NCBI GenBank assembly: GCA_963674745.2 | Contig: CAXXDV010000001.1 | Location: 128,001-192,000, forward strand | DNA length: 64,000 nucleotides | Reading direction: 5' to 3' | DNA from: Desulfosudaceae bacterium | GTDB taxonomy: Bacteria > Desulfobacterota > Desulfobacteria > Desulfobacterales > Desulfosudaceae | Part shown: piece by piece, positions 1-10,689 of the stretch | Layout of the letters: each line of letters opens with the position of its first letter | Numbering within the stretch: position 1 is the stretch's first letter | Translations under genes and position numbers: made by a program | Notes under the pieces: model-generated | Told to the model about the DNA's origin: nothing | The model's database searches: none | The model's input: only the letters and a program-made list of their open reading frames with translations

Positions 1-1
1 C

Positions 2-517
2 CTGATTTTGATTTCCCACGACCATTTCGATCACTGCAGCCCGGAAGACGTTGCCCGGGTGCAGAAAGACAATACGGTTATTGTCACCGATAAAGACTCC
101 GCCAAAAAATTGTCCGGGGATATCAGAATCGTCGCTCCGGGGGACCATGTTTCCGTGGACGCGGTTTCTGTTGATGTTGTGCCGGCGTACAATACAGACA
201 AGGATTTTCATCCCCGGGAAAATGGCTGGCTGGGATTTATTGTGGGTATAGACGGTGTCCGGATTTACCATGCCGGGGACACGGATGTCATACCTGAAAT
301 GAACAAAATTGAAACCGATATCGCCCTGCTGCCGGTCTCCGGTACATATGTCATGACCGCGGAGCAGGCCGCGGAAGCGGCCATGATAATAAAGCCACGG
401 CTGGTCATCCCCATGCATTACGGGGCCATTGTGGGCTCGGAGGAAGATGCGCGAAAGCTGCAAACCGCGCTTGAAGGGAAAATCGATGTTCAGATTCTGC
501 CGCAACAGGATGGATAA
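2..517 (+). CDS. MBL-fold metallo-hydrolase (5'-truncated by window edge)
   Basis: SHDHFDH (HxHxDH) motif, YHAGDT, IPMHY; the frame is open to the window start. Confidence 0.85.
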   Translation: MILISHDHFDHCSPEDVARVQKDNTVIVTDKDSAKKLSGDIRIVAPGDHVSVDAVSVDVVPAYNTDKDFHPRENGWLGFIVGIDGVRIYHAGDTDVIPEMNKIETDIALLPVSGTYVMTAEQAAEAAMIIKPRLVIPMHYGAIVGSEEDARKLQTALEGKIDVQILPQQDG

Positions 518-538
518 AATAATAAGGAATAATGTTTG

Positions 539-1159
539 ATGGGACTGCTCACTTCGACGACATCTATCACCTGTTACCGGGTTGAGGGTAAAATAACCAA
601 ACCGTTAACCGAATACGTTTCCAACGCACTGAAAAAGAATACCATTGCCAATATTGACGGCCAACCCGCTGAAAAAGCCGTGGGCTGGACATCATTTGAA
701 CACCCTTTTTCGCCCAAATTCACAGCTGATTCCTTTTACTTCGGATCAGCCATGATTTTTTCATTACGGGTAGACAAAAAGGCCATACCTGCCAGTGTCA
801 TCAAAAAATACTGCCAGCAGGAATGGGAAAAACAGACCACGGCCAGCGGCCGAAAAGTACTTTCCAAGAACGAAAAAAAAATCATCAAGGAAAAAGTCGT
901 TCAGGAACTGGCCCTGCGTGTTCCCGCCACGCCCAGGGTTTTTGATCTGGTCTGGCAATATGAACAGGAACGGCTCTGGTTTTTCACCAACCAGAAAAAT
1001 GCCAATGAAGAACTGGAGACACTGTTTTTAAAAACGTTTTCCCTGCGCCTGATCAGGCTCTTCCCTTACACTATTGCGACCCTGGAATCCGGATTATCAG
1101 ACGGGGAAAAAGACCTGTTTACAAAACTGACACCGGCCAACTTTATGACATCGGAGTAA
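539..1159 (+). CDS. RdgC-family recombination-associated protein (N-terminal-type half)
   Basis: GWTSFEHP, FSLRVDKKAIPA and LFLKTF motifs resemble deltaproteobacterial RdgC-like proteins; ATG at 539 after AAGGA. Confidence 0.65.
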   Translation: MGLLTSTTSITCYRVEGKITKPLTEYVSNALKKNTIANIDGQPAEKAVGWTSFEHPFSPKFTADSFYFGSAMIFSLRVDKKAIPASVIKKYCQQEWEKQTTASGRKVLSKNEKKIIKEKVVQELALRVPATPRVFDLVWQYEQERLWFFTNQKNANEELETLFLKTFSLRLIRLFPYTIATLESGLSDGEKDLFTKLTPANFMTSE

Positions 1160-1166
1160 ACAAGAT

Positions 1167-1694
1167 ATGCTGGACATCTCAATCGCGTACAATCGCTACA
1201 AATTTATCGGGCATGAATTTTTGACCTGGCTCTGGTTCATCATTGAAAATGACCCGGACAAAATCAAAGACGAAAACAACACGCCGGTATCACTTGATAT
1301 GGGCAGCCGGATCGTACTGGAGAACAGCCGCCGGGAAGCGGTTGAGACCATCACCATCAAAGGCAGTGAATCCGAACTGGAAGAAGGTCGACTGGCACTG
1401 AGCAACGGCGCCGTCGTCACGGAGATGAGCCTTTTCTGCAAAATCAACGACCGCCTGTGGATATTCAATCTCAAAGGCGAGAGCCTGGATCTGTCAGGTT
1501 TGAAGCTTCCGGAAATCGAAGAAGGGGAAACCTCAGATGACCTGGAAGGGACCATTTTACTGAAAATGGATGGTTATGAAACCATCACCGCCTTTATCCA
1601 GCAGATGTACAAACAGTTCCTCAAGACTCGCCTCACCGACCAGTGGAAGAAAAAAACGGTGCCGGCTATTCGCAAATGGGCATCCGCGGTTTAG
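1167..1694 (+). CDS. Conserved hypothetical protein, RdgC-like partner
   Basis: FIGHEFLTWLWF motif; starts 7 bp after the RdgC-like gene. Confidence 0.5.
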   Translation: MLDISIAYNRYKFIGHEFLTWLWFIIENDPDKIKDENNTPVSLDMGSRIVLENSRREAVETITIKGSESELEEGRLALSNGAVVTEMSLFCKINDRLWIFNLKGESLDLSGLKLPEIEEGETSDDLEGTILLKMDGYETITAFIQQMYKQFLKTRLTDQWKKKTVPAIRKWASAV

Positions 1695-2083
1695 GCGCCT
1701 TAGGTGCGATCCTTAGCGGCTGGTATTCAGCATTTCAGGCGGGAAGGGTTTTAGGGTGTTAGAGTTTTAAAGTTTTAGGGCTTTAAGGTTTGGGGCTTGA
1801 GCAGATATGTAGGGGCACGGCGTGCCGTGCCCCAGGATAACAAAAGGAACGTCCAAAAAATAACAAGAGAAGCGGCTCGACGAATAAAAATGAAAGGACT
1901 TATAATACGAGATTAACGCCTAAAACCCATAACCACATAATCACCTAAACACTTAATCACTTAACCACTTAAGCACCCTGAAAGGCTGAAGCCTTTCGCC
2001 ACCTAAAACCATAAAACATTAAAACCCTAAAACCCCTGCGAAGCAGGCAGCCACGCAGAGGAGGGAGCAATCCTTCCTTGGGA

Positions 2084-2207
2084 CCCGGCTTTGTAAAACG
2101 TTCAAGGTCAAGGCGCGCGAATCCCGACGATTGAAGCTGTACAGGTAGTACGCTGATTGAGGAGGGATGAAGCGCAACGCAGAGATTGAGCGTTTTACAA
2201 AGCCGGG
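2084..2207. mobile_element. 124-bp MITE-like element with terminal inverted repeats
   Basis: CCCGGCTTTGTAAAACG(T)TCAA at the left end and TTGA(G)CGTTTTACAAAGCCGGG at the right end (17-bp perfect IR); directly after the mglA stop codon. Confidence 0.6.
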
Positions 2208-2208
2208 C

Positions 2209-2817
2209 TTACCACTGCGAGGCGCGCTTGAGCGACACCAGCGTCATCGCCAGACACTTCTGAAGCGTCTTGGTCACACCGATCCCTTTGACCGCACTGG
2301 CGGTAAAGGTCGGTACCTTGAGTTGCCGGTTCAGATCTTTTTCCATCTGCTCGACCGACATGATGGGCACCCCCTCTTTTTCCAGATCACGTTTATTGAA
2401 CTGGAGCACCATGGGTATCTTAAAAATATTCTGGCCGTAATCCTTCAGGTTCTGCTGAAGATCTTTCAACGACTCCATGTTTTTGGCCCGCCGGATTTCC
2501 ATCGAATCGGCAACGAAAACAATACCGTCCACGCCTTTTAACACGATCTTTCGGGTCTTGGCGTATTTAACCTGGCCCGGAACGGTAAACATCTGCACCC
2601 GGACATTGCAGCCCTTGATCTGCCCCAGATCCATGGGTAAAAAATCGAAAAACAGGGTCCGGTCCCCCTCGGTATCAATGGACGTCATCTCTCCCGTGAC
2701 ATGCTTTTTCTGGGTGGCATAGATCTGTTCCAGGTTGGTGGTTTTACCGCCACGGCCGGGACCGTAGAAGACGATCTTGCATTCGATTTCTTTGGTCTGA
2801 AGATTATAGTTTGCCAT
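2209..2817 (-). CDS. mglA: MglA-family small Ras-like GTPase
   Basis: KIVFYGPGRGGKTTNL, RTLFFDFLP, TVPGQV, NKRD. Confidence 0.9.
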   Translation of the reverse strand: MANYNLQTKEIECKIVFYGPGRGGKTTNLEQIYATQKKHVTGEMTSIDTEGDRTLFFDFLPMDLGQIKGCNVRVQMFTVPGQVKYAKTRKIVLKGVDGIVFVADSMEIRRAKNMESLKDLQQNLKDYGQNIFKIPMVLQFNKRDLEKEGVPIMSVEQMEKDLNRQLKVPTFTASAVKGIGVTKTLQKCLAMTLVSLKRASQW

Positions 2818-2879
2818 AGCCCCCCTCTTTACTTACACAACGTCACTTTTGCTAACCGGCAGATGCCACAGCACGTTGA

Positions 2880-3785
2880 TCAGTGGCCGGACACGGCGGC
2901 GGCTTCCGGTTCATCACCGCCGGCGAAAAAGGCAACCAGATCCGTCAATGCTTCATCAATGGTCTGAATTTTTTTCTGTGCCAGATCGACGGCTGCTTTT
3001 TCACCACTGACCTGGAGTATCCGGGCTTCCGCAATCGTTTTCCTGATCAGGCTGATGGTACTATCCACTTCCTCGACCGGGTCTTCGGCATAAAGCTTCT
3101 GTACCAGATCCAGATAATAATTAATATGGTCAAAGTCCTCGGACACGGGCGCCTCTGTCAGCATTCTGGCCTTTTCAAGATAATACGCTGCCACGAAGGG
3201 GAACACGTCTTCTTTTGAATAGCTGGTCCTGGCCGGTTGTTTCCAGTGGGCTCCGGGCAGAACGACAATACGATCTTTGCCACCGGGCGTAAAATCACCT
3301 TTCCAGATTTCAACCGCGCCCCTGGATTGTTTTACATAATAATTGTCGGCGTTCATCATGCTGCCTAGGAATATCAGCAAAATAATACCACAGACAACAA
3401 CGGCAATGGTCTTGAGCGACTTTGCATCGATCAGCGGGTCGCTCTCAAAAGGCGCCGGATCCTTCAGATCGGGCGGTTCAAACGTATTTATGCAGGGCGG
3501 TGTTTCCCGGGCAGGAGACGGATCTGCCACTTCAGGAAGAGGTGTTGCCTGTGGGGGAGGCGTTGCGTGCTCCGCAGAAGGCGGAACAGCCTTCTCAGGA
3601 GCGGGTTCATCAGACGCTGCCGAAGCGGTTTCAGCCACCGGCGTCTCTACGGGTGCGGATTTCGGCTCCGGAGCCGGTGTTTCGGTCGCTTTTATCTTTT
3701 CAGCATCACTGACCTTTTCAGGTTCCGGCGCTTTTTTTTCTTCTTCCGGAGCGGTCGTTGGTTGAAACAGACTTTTTTTTCCCAT
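2880..3785 (-). CDS. Hypothetical single-pass membrane protein with a Pro/Glu/Ala-rich disordered N-terminus
   Basis: Low-complexity first ~115 aa, hydrophobic segment IAVVVCGIILLIFLG, GGAG RBS. Confidence 0.7.
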   Translation of the reverse strand: MGKKSLFQPTTAPEEEKKAPEPEKVSDAEKIKATETPAPEPKSAPVETPVAETASAASDEPAPEKAVPPSAEHATPPPQATPLPEVADPSPARETPPCINTFEPPDLKDPAPFESDPLIDAKSLKTIAVVVCGIILLIFLGSMMNADNYYVKQSRGAVEIWKGDFTPGGKDRIVVLPGAHWKQPARTSYSKEDVFPFVAAYYLEKARMLTEAPVSEDFDHINYYLDLVQKLYAEDPVEEVDSTISLIRKTIAEARILQVSGEKAAVDLAQKKIQTIDEALTDLVAFFAGGDEPEAAAVSGH

Positions 3786-3904
3786 ACCTGTTAAACTCCT
3801 TTGAAAACAATCTGTTTTTCCTGTAGCATACTTAAAAGATTAACTTATTATAAACTGATTTTCATGTAAAGGATTTTCGCCATAGATCGGTAAAAAACGG
3901 TCGG

Positions 3905-4744
3905 TTGGCAAAATACGGTATTCGTTTGGTACGGTTCAGGCAGAAAAAAGAAAAACTGATAACGGTTTTAAAAAAAACCAACCGCCTGGCCGTAGCGTTC
4001 TCCGGTGGTGTTGACAGCAGTTTTCTAATGTTCACCGCGCGTGATGTTCTGGGTGACGAAGCCATGGCTTTTATGTCGACCGGGCTGCCGCACTCGCAAA
4101 GAGAAACCCGGCAGGCCGTCAGCTTGATGGAAAGTATGGGCGTCCCTTTCCAGGAGGTGCCCACCATCCGTATGCGTCGGGAACCGTTTACGGACAACAC
4201 CAAAGACCGCTGCTACCAATGCAAAAAAATCATGTGGACGGAAATCGCGGCAGCTGCGGCTAAAATGAATATTTTCCGGCTGGCCGACGGCGTCAGTGCG
4301 GATGACCTGGACGAATTCAGGCCCGGCCTGGTTGCAGGCAGAGAAATGGGCGTTACCTCCCCCCTGGCCGAAGCCGGTCTGACCAAAGCGGAAATCCGGG
4401 TGCTGGCCAGAGAAGCCGGTCTTTCAAACTGGGACAAGCCATCAACGCCCTGCCTGGCCACCCGTATTCCCTACGGGACCCGGTTGACCACCGGACGGCT
4501 GGCCATGATTGAAACGGCTGAAAATTTCCTGATCGAACTGGGTTTTCCCCAGTGCCGGGTCAGGTATCATGACGATATGGCCCGGATAGAAATCCCGGAA
4601 GAGGAACTTGACATCATGGCCTCCGGCACCTTTCGGGAAAAAATCAAAAACGAACTTAAACGCATCGGGTTCACTCATGTCACCATGGACCTGGGCGGTT
4701 ATATCAGCGGCAGTATGGATATTCTGCCAAGGAGCAACCAATGA
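3905..4744 (+). CDS. larE: LarE-family ATP-dependent sacrificial sulfur transferase (PP-loop)
   Basis: [33 protein letters not shown]; exact start uncertain. Confidence 0.85.
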   Translation: MAKYGIRLVRFRQKKEKLITVLKKTNRLAVAFSGGVDSSFLMFTARDVLGDEAMAFMSTGLPHSQRETRQAVSLMESMGVPFQEVPTIRMRREPFTDNTKDRCYQCKKIMWTEIAAAAAKMNIFRLADGVSADDLDEFRPGLVAGREMGVTSPLAEAGLTKAEIRVLAREAGLSNWDKPSTPCLATRIPYGTRLTTGRLAMIETAENFLIELGFPQCRVRYHDDMARIEIPEEELDIMASGTFREKIKNELKRIGFTHVTMDLGGYISGSMDILPRSNQ

Positions 4745-6423
4745 ACAACCAGTCAACAGACTTTATCAGAAGAATCATCAATGACGACCTTGCTACCGGT
4801 AAATACAGCCGGGGGTTGGTCACCCGCTTCCCGCCGGAACCCAACGGTTACCTTCATATGGGACACGCCAAATCGATATGCCTGAATTTCGGTATTGCCG
4901 GAGAATATGAAAACAGTGTCTGCAACCTGCGGTTTGACGACACCAACCCCGGCAAGGAAGAAGTGGAATACGTGGAGTCCATTAAAGAAGATGTCCGCTG
5001 GCTGGGATTTGATCCCGGCCGGCGGATTTATTTCGCTTCAGACTATTTTGAACAGCTTTATCAGCTTGCCGAACGCCTGATCAGCGACGGTAAAGCATAC
5101 GTCTGCGCCCTTTCCCCGGATGAAATCCGCGAAACCCGGGGAACGTTGACTGAACCGGGTAAAGAAAGTCCTTATCGCGACCGGCCGGTTGAAGAAAGCC
5201 TGGACCTGTTTAAACGCATGCGCGCCGGTGAATTCCCTGAGGGCAAGTACGTCCTGCGTGCCAGAATCGACATGGCCTCGCCCAATCTCTGCCTGCGTGA
5301 CCCGGCCATCTATCGAATCCGAAAGATGCCCCACCACCGCACCGGCGACCAGTGGTGTATCTATCCCATGTATGACTTCGCCCATCCCCTGTCGGACGCG
5401 CTGGAGCATATCACGCACTCCCTGTGCACACTGGAATTCGCCAACAACCGGCCCCTGTACGACTGGTTTGTCAACCAGCTCACGGAAGAGCCCCGGCCGA
5501 AACAGATTGAGTTCGCCCGGCTGAACCTGAGTTATACGGTCCTGAGCAAACGGAAACTCAACCTGCTGGTGTCAGAAAACATTGTTAACGGCTGGGATGA
5601 TCCGCGCATGCCCACCATCGCCGGCATAAGACGTCGAGGCGTACCACCGCGGGCCTTGCGCGATTTCTGCGATAAAATCGGCATCGCCAAAAAAGACAGC
5701 CTGGTGGATGTGGCCCTTCTGGAATACACCATCCGTGATATCCTTAACAAAAAAGCCGTACGGCGAATGGCGGTCCTGCGTCCGCTCAAGGTCGTCATCG
5801 ACAACTATCCGGATGGCCAAAGCGAAGAAATGGAAGCCATCAACAATCCCGAGGATGCGGCTGCCGGTACCCGCCGGGTTCCCTTTTCAAAAACACTTTA
5901 TATCGAGCGGGACGATTTCATGGAAGACCCGCCCAAAAAGTTCTTCAGGCTTGCACCGGGCAGAGAAGTACGCCTGCGTTACGCCTATTTCATTAAATGC
6001 GAATCCGTGGTCAAAGATCCGGCCACCGGTGAAATAACCGAACTGCACTGTACCTATGACCCGGCCACAAAAGGGGGTGACGCGCCGGACGGCAGAAAGG
6101 TGAAGGCCACCCTGCACTGGGTTTCGGCCGATCATGCCGTACCGGCCGAGGTCCGGCTTTATGACCGGCTGTTTAACCGGGAAAACCCCTCCGATGCGTC
6201 GGACGGAAAAAATTTTACCGATCATATCAACCCGGACAGCCTGGAAACGCTTTTCCCCTGCTTTCTTGAACCGGCGTTAAAAAACGCCGCGCCTCTGGAG
6301 AACTGCCAGTTTGAACGCATGGGATACTTCTGCCTGGACAATAAAGACAGCACTGACCAACGGCCGGTTTTCAACCGTACGGTTACCTTGAGAGACACCT
6401 GGGCAAAAATAAAAGGCAAATAA
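4741..6423 (+). CDS. glnS: Glutamine--tRNA ligase
   Basis: [17 protein letters not shown] (HIGH), LSKR (KMSKS), [16 protein letters not shown]. Confidence 0.97.
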   Translation: MNNQSTDFIRRIINDDLATGKYSRGLVTRFPPEPNGYLHMGHAKSICLNFGIAGEYENSVCNLRFDDTNPGKEEVEYVESIKEDVRWLGFDPGRRIYFASDYFEQLYQLAERLISDGKAYVCALSPDEIRETRGTLTEPGKESPYRDRPVEESLDLFKRMRAGEFPEGKYVLRARIDMASPNLCLRDPAIYRIRKMPHHRTGDQWCIYPMYDFAHPLSDALEHITHSLCTLEFANNRPLYDWFVNQLTEEPRPKQIEFARLNLSYTVLSKRKLNLLVSENIVNGWDDPRMPTIAGIRRRGVPPRALRDFCDKIGIAKKDSLVDVALLEYTIRDILNKKAVRRMAVLRPLKVVIDNYPDGQSEEMEAINNPEDAAAGTRRVPFSKTLYIERDDFMEDPPKKFFRLAPGREVRLRYAYFIKCESVVKDPATGEITELHCTYDPATKGGDAPDGRKVKATLHWVSADHAVPAEVRLYDRLFNRENPSDASDGKNFTDHINPDSLETLFPCFLEPALKNAAPLENCQFERMGYFCLDNKDSTDQRPVFNRTVTLRDTWAKIKGK

Positions 6424-6435
6424 AACCAACCGCAC

Positions 6436-6906
6436 ATGAACGAAAACCCATTTATGCAACGGGCCATTGAACTGGCCAGGCAGGGGATGGCCGCCGGTGA
6501 CGGCGGGCCTTTCGGCGCCGTTATCGTGCGCGACGGCAACATCGTCGGCGAGGGCTGGAACCGGGTACTGGCCGACGGCGATCCCACGGCCCACGGCGAA
6601 ATCACGGCCATCCGCGACGCCTCCCGAAGACTGGGCACTTACTGCCTGGAAGGCTGCGAGCTGTATACCACCGGCGAACCCTGTCCCATGTGCCTTGGCG
6701 CCGTTTACTGGGCCCGCATCGACCGGGTTTATTTCGGGTTTTCCGTGACCGAAGCCGCCGCCATCGATTTTGACGACGTCGTTATTTACCGGGAAGTTTG
6801 TCTGCCGCCCGAACAGCGTAAGGTCCCATGTGAGGCCCTACCCTCGGATGAGGTAAAAACGCTGATGGAAGAATTTTCGCAGATGCCGGATCGGGCACGG
6901 TACTAA
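6436..6906 (+). CDS. Nucleoside/guanine deaminase (cytidine deaminase fold)
   Basis: GPFGAVI, AHGE, EPCPMC zinc motifs. Confidence 0.85.
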   Translation: MNENPFMQRAIELARQGMAAGDGGPFGAVIVRDGNIVGEGWNRVLADGDPTAHGEITAIRDASRRLGTYCLEGCELYTTGEPCPMCLGAVYWARIDRVYFGFSVTEAAAIDFDDVVIYREVCLPPEQRKVPCEALPSDEVKTLMEEFSQMPDRARY

Positions 6907-6976
6907 AAGGTTTTAAGGTTTTAGGGTCGGAGGGTCGAGGGTTCGGGGTTTGAGGTTCGGGGTTCGCGATGACGAT

Positions 6977-7135
6977 GTAGGGGCACGGCGTGCCGTGCCC
7001 GATTGGGGGTTCAAGGCTCGGGGCCCAGGAAGGCGTTCGCTCTTTACGGCCTGTAGGGGCACGGCGTGCCGTGCCCGATTCGGGGGTTCAAGGTTCGGAG
7101 TTCGAGATGACGATGTAGGGGCACGGCGGGCCGCC
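6977..7135. repeat. GTAG-type REP palindromes (3 copies)
   Basis: GTAGGGGCACGGCGTGCCGTGCCC at 6977 and 7053, plus a variant at about 7116; between convergent genes. Confidence 0.8.
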
Positions 7136-7218
7136 TTATTTCTCAAACCACATAACCACTTAATCACTTAACCACCTGAACCATAAAACTTTAAAACTCT
7201 AAAACCTTACGCCCGATT

Positions 7219-8442
7219 TCAAATCAAATCTAAAATCCGACTCAAAATAACATGGGCCAGCTTTTCCTTGTCCTGGCGGGGCAGCCGTTCCTGGCGGCCG
7301 TCCTTGTAGAGCAGGCAGACTTCATTGGTTTCCGAGCCGAAAGCAGAGTCTTTGCCGGCGACCATGTTGGCCACGATCATATCGGCGTTTTTTTCCGCCA
7401 GCTTCTTTTTGGCATTTTTGACCAGGGCCTGGGTTTCAGCGGCAAAGCCGACCAGGACCTGCTTTTTCTTTTTTTTGCCGACTTCTTTTAAAATGTCCTG
7501 GTTTTCTTTCAAGTTCAGCACCAGTCCGGGTTTGCCGCCTTTCTTGATCTTTTGTGATGCGACTTTTTCCGCCCGGTAGTCCCCGACAGCCGCCACCTTG
7601 ATGATAATATGGCTGTCACCCATCCGGGCCAGTGTTTCTTCAGCCATCTCTTCGGCGGTCTGCACCGGAACGACATCAACAGCCACCGGCGGTGCCAGGT
7701 TGACCGGACCGGTAACCAGGGTTACCTCCGCGCCCCGGTATTCGGCGGCCCTGGCCATGGCGTAGCCCATTCGTCCGGATGAATGATTGCTGATATACCG
7801 GACCGGATCAATCGATTCCCGGGTGGGACCGGCCGTCACCAGTACCTTTTTGCCGGTCATATCTTTTTCCACCAGCAGGCGGCATACCCGATCGGCAATA
7901 ATATCCGGTTCCGGCATACGCCCGGGACCGGTAGTGCCGCAGGCCAGTTCGCCGGTGCCGGGCTCAAGCACCACATAACCGTCCTTTCTCAACAGGGCCA
8001 GATTTCGTTGTACCGCACGGTTCTTATACATATGGGTATTCATGGCGGGGCAGACCATCACCGGCGCGGTAACCGCCAGCAGAAAAGTGGTCAGTGCGTC
8101 ATCGGCCATCCCGGCCGCCATCTTGCCGATAATATTGGCGGTGGCCGGGGCAATCACCACGGCTTCGGCCTGACCGGCCCATTCGATATGCCTGATGGCC
8201 GCATCCTCGGCCCCATCGAAAAGATCGAAGCAGACCGGGTGGCCGGACAGGGCCTCAAACGTCAGCGGCCCGACAAAGTGACAGGCGTTTTCCGTCATCA
8301 TCACCCGCACGTCAGCCCCTTTTTTGACCAGGGCCCTGACCAGCTCCGCGCTCTTGTAAGCAGCGATGCCGCCGGACACACCCACTACTATATTGCGACC
8401 TTCAATCGTCTTTACTTGATCCTGTTTCATTTTTTTCGGCAT
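7219..8442 (-). CDS. coaBC: Phosphopantothenoylcysteine decarboxylase/synthetase
   Basis: GVSGGIAAYK, APATAN, PAMN, LACG, TAGPTRESIDPVRYISNHSSG. Confidence 0.96.
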   Translation of the reverse strand: MPKKMKQDQVKTIEGRNIVVGVSGGIAAYKSAELVRALVKKGADVRVMMTENACHFVGPLTFEALSGHPVCFDLFDGAEDAAIRHIEWAGQAEAVVIAPATANIIGKMAAGMADDALTTFLLAVTAPVMVCPAMNTHMYKNRAVQRNLALLRKDGYVVLEPGTGELACGTTGPGRMPEPDIIADRVCRLLVEKDMTGKKVLVTAGPTRESIDPVRYISNHSSGRMGYAMARAAEYRGAEVTLVTGPVNLAPPVAVDVVPVQTAEEMAEETLARMGDSHIIIKVAAVGDYRAEKVASQKIKKGGKPGLVLNLKENQDILKEVGKKKKKQVLVGFAAETQALVKNAKKKLAEKNADMIVANMVAGKDSAFGSETNEVCLLYKDGRQERLPRQDKEKLAHVILSRILDLI

Positions 8443-8537
8443 TATTATCCCCCCGAGGGTTTATCCATTCATATAGCATGTGTTTGATATCATATATCAT
8501 TCTCAATTATTAGCCAATTAAAAAACAAGATGGTACA

Positions 8538-8823
8538 GGGGCAGGCACGGGGGCCTGTCCCTACAACATTCACGAACGCCCACCACGGACCCGTAGGGGC
8601 AACCCCCTGTGGTTGCCCTTCACCGGGCAGGCACGGGGGCCTGTCCCTACAACATTCACGAACGCCCACCACGGACCCGTAGGGGCAACCCCCTGTGGTT
8701 GCCCTTCACCGGGCAGGCACGGGGGCCTGCCCCTACAACATTCACGAACGCCCACCACGGACCCGTAGGGGCAACCCCCTGTGGTTGCCCTTCATCAGGG
8801 CAGGCACGGGGGCCTGCCCCTAC
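8538..8823. repeat. Tandem REP doublets (BIME/REPIN-like), 86-bp period
   Basis: GTAGGGGCAACCCCCTGTGGTTGCCC...GGGCAGGCACGGGGGCCTG(T/C)CCCTAC units at 8593, 8679 and 8765. Confidence 0.9.
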
Positions 8824-8957
8824 AATGCCCGGGCCAGGAGCCCGAACCTCGGACCCCGAACCCTGAACCTCTTTCCCTTTCAGAGTTGATTCCGACCCGA
8901 AATAATTGGTATATATATTAAATGAATGTTAATAAATAACGATCTAACGGGGAAATC

Positions 8958-9686
8958 ATGAAACGGATCAAAGAAATCGCCTATGCCCTCTACCGCCCGA
9001 TCTTCTTTCTGATCGTTATTCTTGACACCACGGTACTGGGTATTCTAACCATCGTCTCCTCAAATTTTGACCCTACCGGCAATCATGTCCACTATATCGG
9101 CAAATTCTGGGCCAGGTTCAACATATTCATATCGGGCGTGCGTGTCCGCATGATCAACCCCCATGCCATTGACACCAAACAGCCTTATATTGTCATGAGC
9201 AACCATCAGAGCCACTACGATGTCTGGGCCCTGATCGGCTATATGCCGTTGCAGCTTCGCTGGGTTATCAAAATAGAATTGCGAAGAATCCCGATTTTCG
9301 GCCTGGGGTGTGAACGGATGGGGCAGATCTTCATTGACCGGGCAAACCCCGAACGGGCCTACAAAAGCCTGGAAGTTGCAGGCCGGAAAATCCGCAACGG
9401 TGCTTCGGTTGTTTTTTTTCCGGAAGGTACCCGCAGCCCGGACGGGAAACTACTGCCCTTTAAAAAAGGCGGCTTCAAAATCGCTTTTGCGGCCGGTGTT
9501 CCCATCCTGCCCGTTACGGTCCGGGGAAGCCGCGCCATTCTCCCCAAAGGAACCGCCCGGGTAAAACCGGGTACCATTGAACTGGTGATACACGACCCCG
9601 TTCCGCTGGATGGATATTCCGATGAAAACCGGGAAGAACTCATGGCCCGCATCAAGGCCACCATCGCCTCCGGGCAAAAGGGTTGA
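8958..9686 (+). CDS. plsC: 1-acyl-sn-glycerol-3-phosphate acyltransferase
   Basis: NHQSHYD (HxxxxD), FIDR, FPEGTRS. Confidence 0.88.
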   Translation: MKRIKEIAYALYRPIFFLIVILDTTVLGILTIVSSNFDPTGNHVHYIGKFWARFNIFISGVRVRMINPHAIDTKQPYIVMSNHQSHYDVWALIGYMPLQLRWVIKIELRRIPIFGLGCERMGQIFIDRANPERAYKSLEVAGRKIRNGASVVFFPEGTRSPDGKLLPFKKGGFKIAFAAGVPILPVTVRGSRAILPKGTARVKPGTIELVIHDPVPLDGYSDENREELMARIKATIASGQKG

Positions 9687-9696
9687 GGTTCAGGGT

Positions 9697-10689
9697 TCAA
9701 GATGGGCTCAAAAACCCGTTATCGCAATACCAGTCGTAAGCGTCATCCAGCATCTTTTGCAGCGGTGGCACCACATAATCCAGTTCCCGAACAGCTTTGG
9801 CAGAATCAAAAAAGGCGTTGACCGACATGTACCTGGCCATGCCCGGATCAATCTCCGGCGGCCTGTTGGTTAAATACGAAACCGTCTGCATGAGGTAGCC
9901 GTAAGCAACCAGGGCCTTGCGGGGTATAGTCAGGCGGGGGGCTTTTTTCCCGAAGTATGCGGCAATGGCGCCAAAAAGCGCCCGGTATGTCAGGTTCAAG
10001 CCGGCGCACACGTACCCCTCACCGGCCCGCCCTTTTACTGCCGCTGCCATCTGGGCCCGGGCCACCTCGGTTACATGCCCGAAGCTGACGCCGCCGGCCG
10101 GACAGCCCGGCACTTTACCGTCCCTGAGGTCAAAGAAAAGCCTTCCGTACTGGAGGGTAAAATCATACGGGCCGATCATGCTTCCGGGATAGATAATGAC
10201 GGCTTCCAGCCCCCGATCCATGTACTCGCGAAGCCGTAACTCACCTTCCCGCTTGGTGTCGGCATAATTATATCCGGTGCCGCCGTAGTTATAAGGCCGC
10301 CAGGTTTCATCCGCCAGGCCATCGGGGTTATATCCCAGAATGTCAATGGTGCTGGTATGAACCAGCCGTTTGACGTCATGTCGTAAACAGGCCTCGGCCA
10401 CGTTTACCGTTCCGTCCACGTTAACGGCACGCTGTCCGGCAAATCGTTTTTTCCACCAGGACGTATCTCCGGCCACATGGAACACCACCTCACAACCCTC
10501 AACAGCGGCACTGATGTCATCGGCAACGGTGATATCACCGGATACGATATCAATGGATAAATCTTTGATATAGTCAATGTTGGAGCCCGGCAGGCCGAAG
10601 GCCCGGACATGCCAGCCGGCCCCGGCCAGTTCATGGACCAGGTTGGCGCCGAGAAACCCTGTCGCGCCGGTGACCAGGCAGTTTTTCAT
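9697..10689 (-). CDS. NAD-dependent epimerase/dehydratase (extended SDR, dihydroflavonol-reductase-like)
   Basis: TGATGFLG, YADTK (YxxxK). Confidence 0.85.
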   Translation of the reverse strand: MKNCLVTGATGFLGANLVHELAGAGWHVRAFGLPGSNIDYIKDLSIDIVSGDITVADDISAAVEGCEVVFHVAGDTSWWKKRFAGQRAVNVDGTVNVAEACLRHDVKRLVHTSTIDILGYNPDGLADETWRPYNYGGTGYNYADTKREGELRLREYMDRGLEAVIIYPGSMIGPYDFTLQYGRLFFDLRDGKVPGCPAGGVSFGHVTEVARAQMAAAVKGRAGEGYVCAGLNLTYRALFGAIAAYFGKKAPRLTIPRKALVAYGYLMQTVSYLTNRPPEIDPGMARYMSVNAFFDSAKAVRELDYVVPPLQKMLDDAYDWYCDNGFLSPS

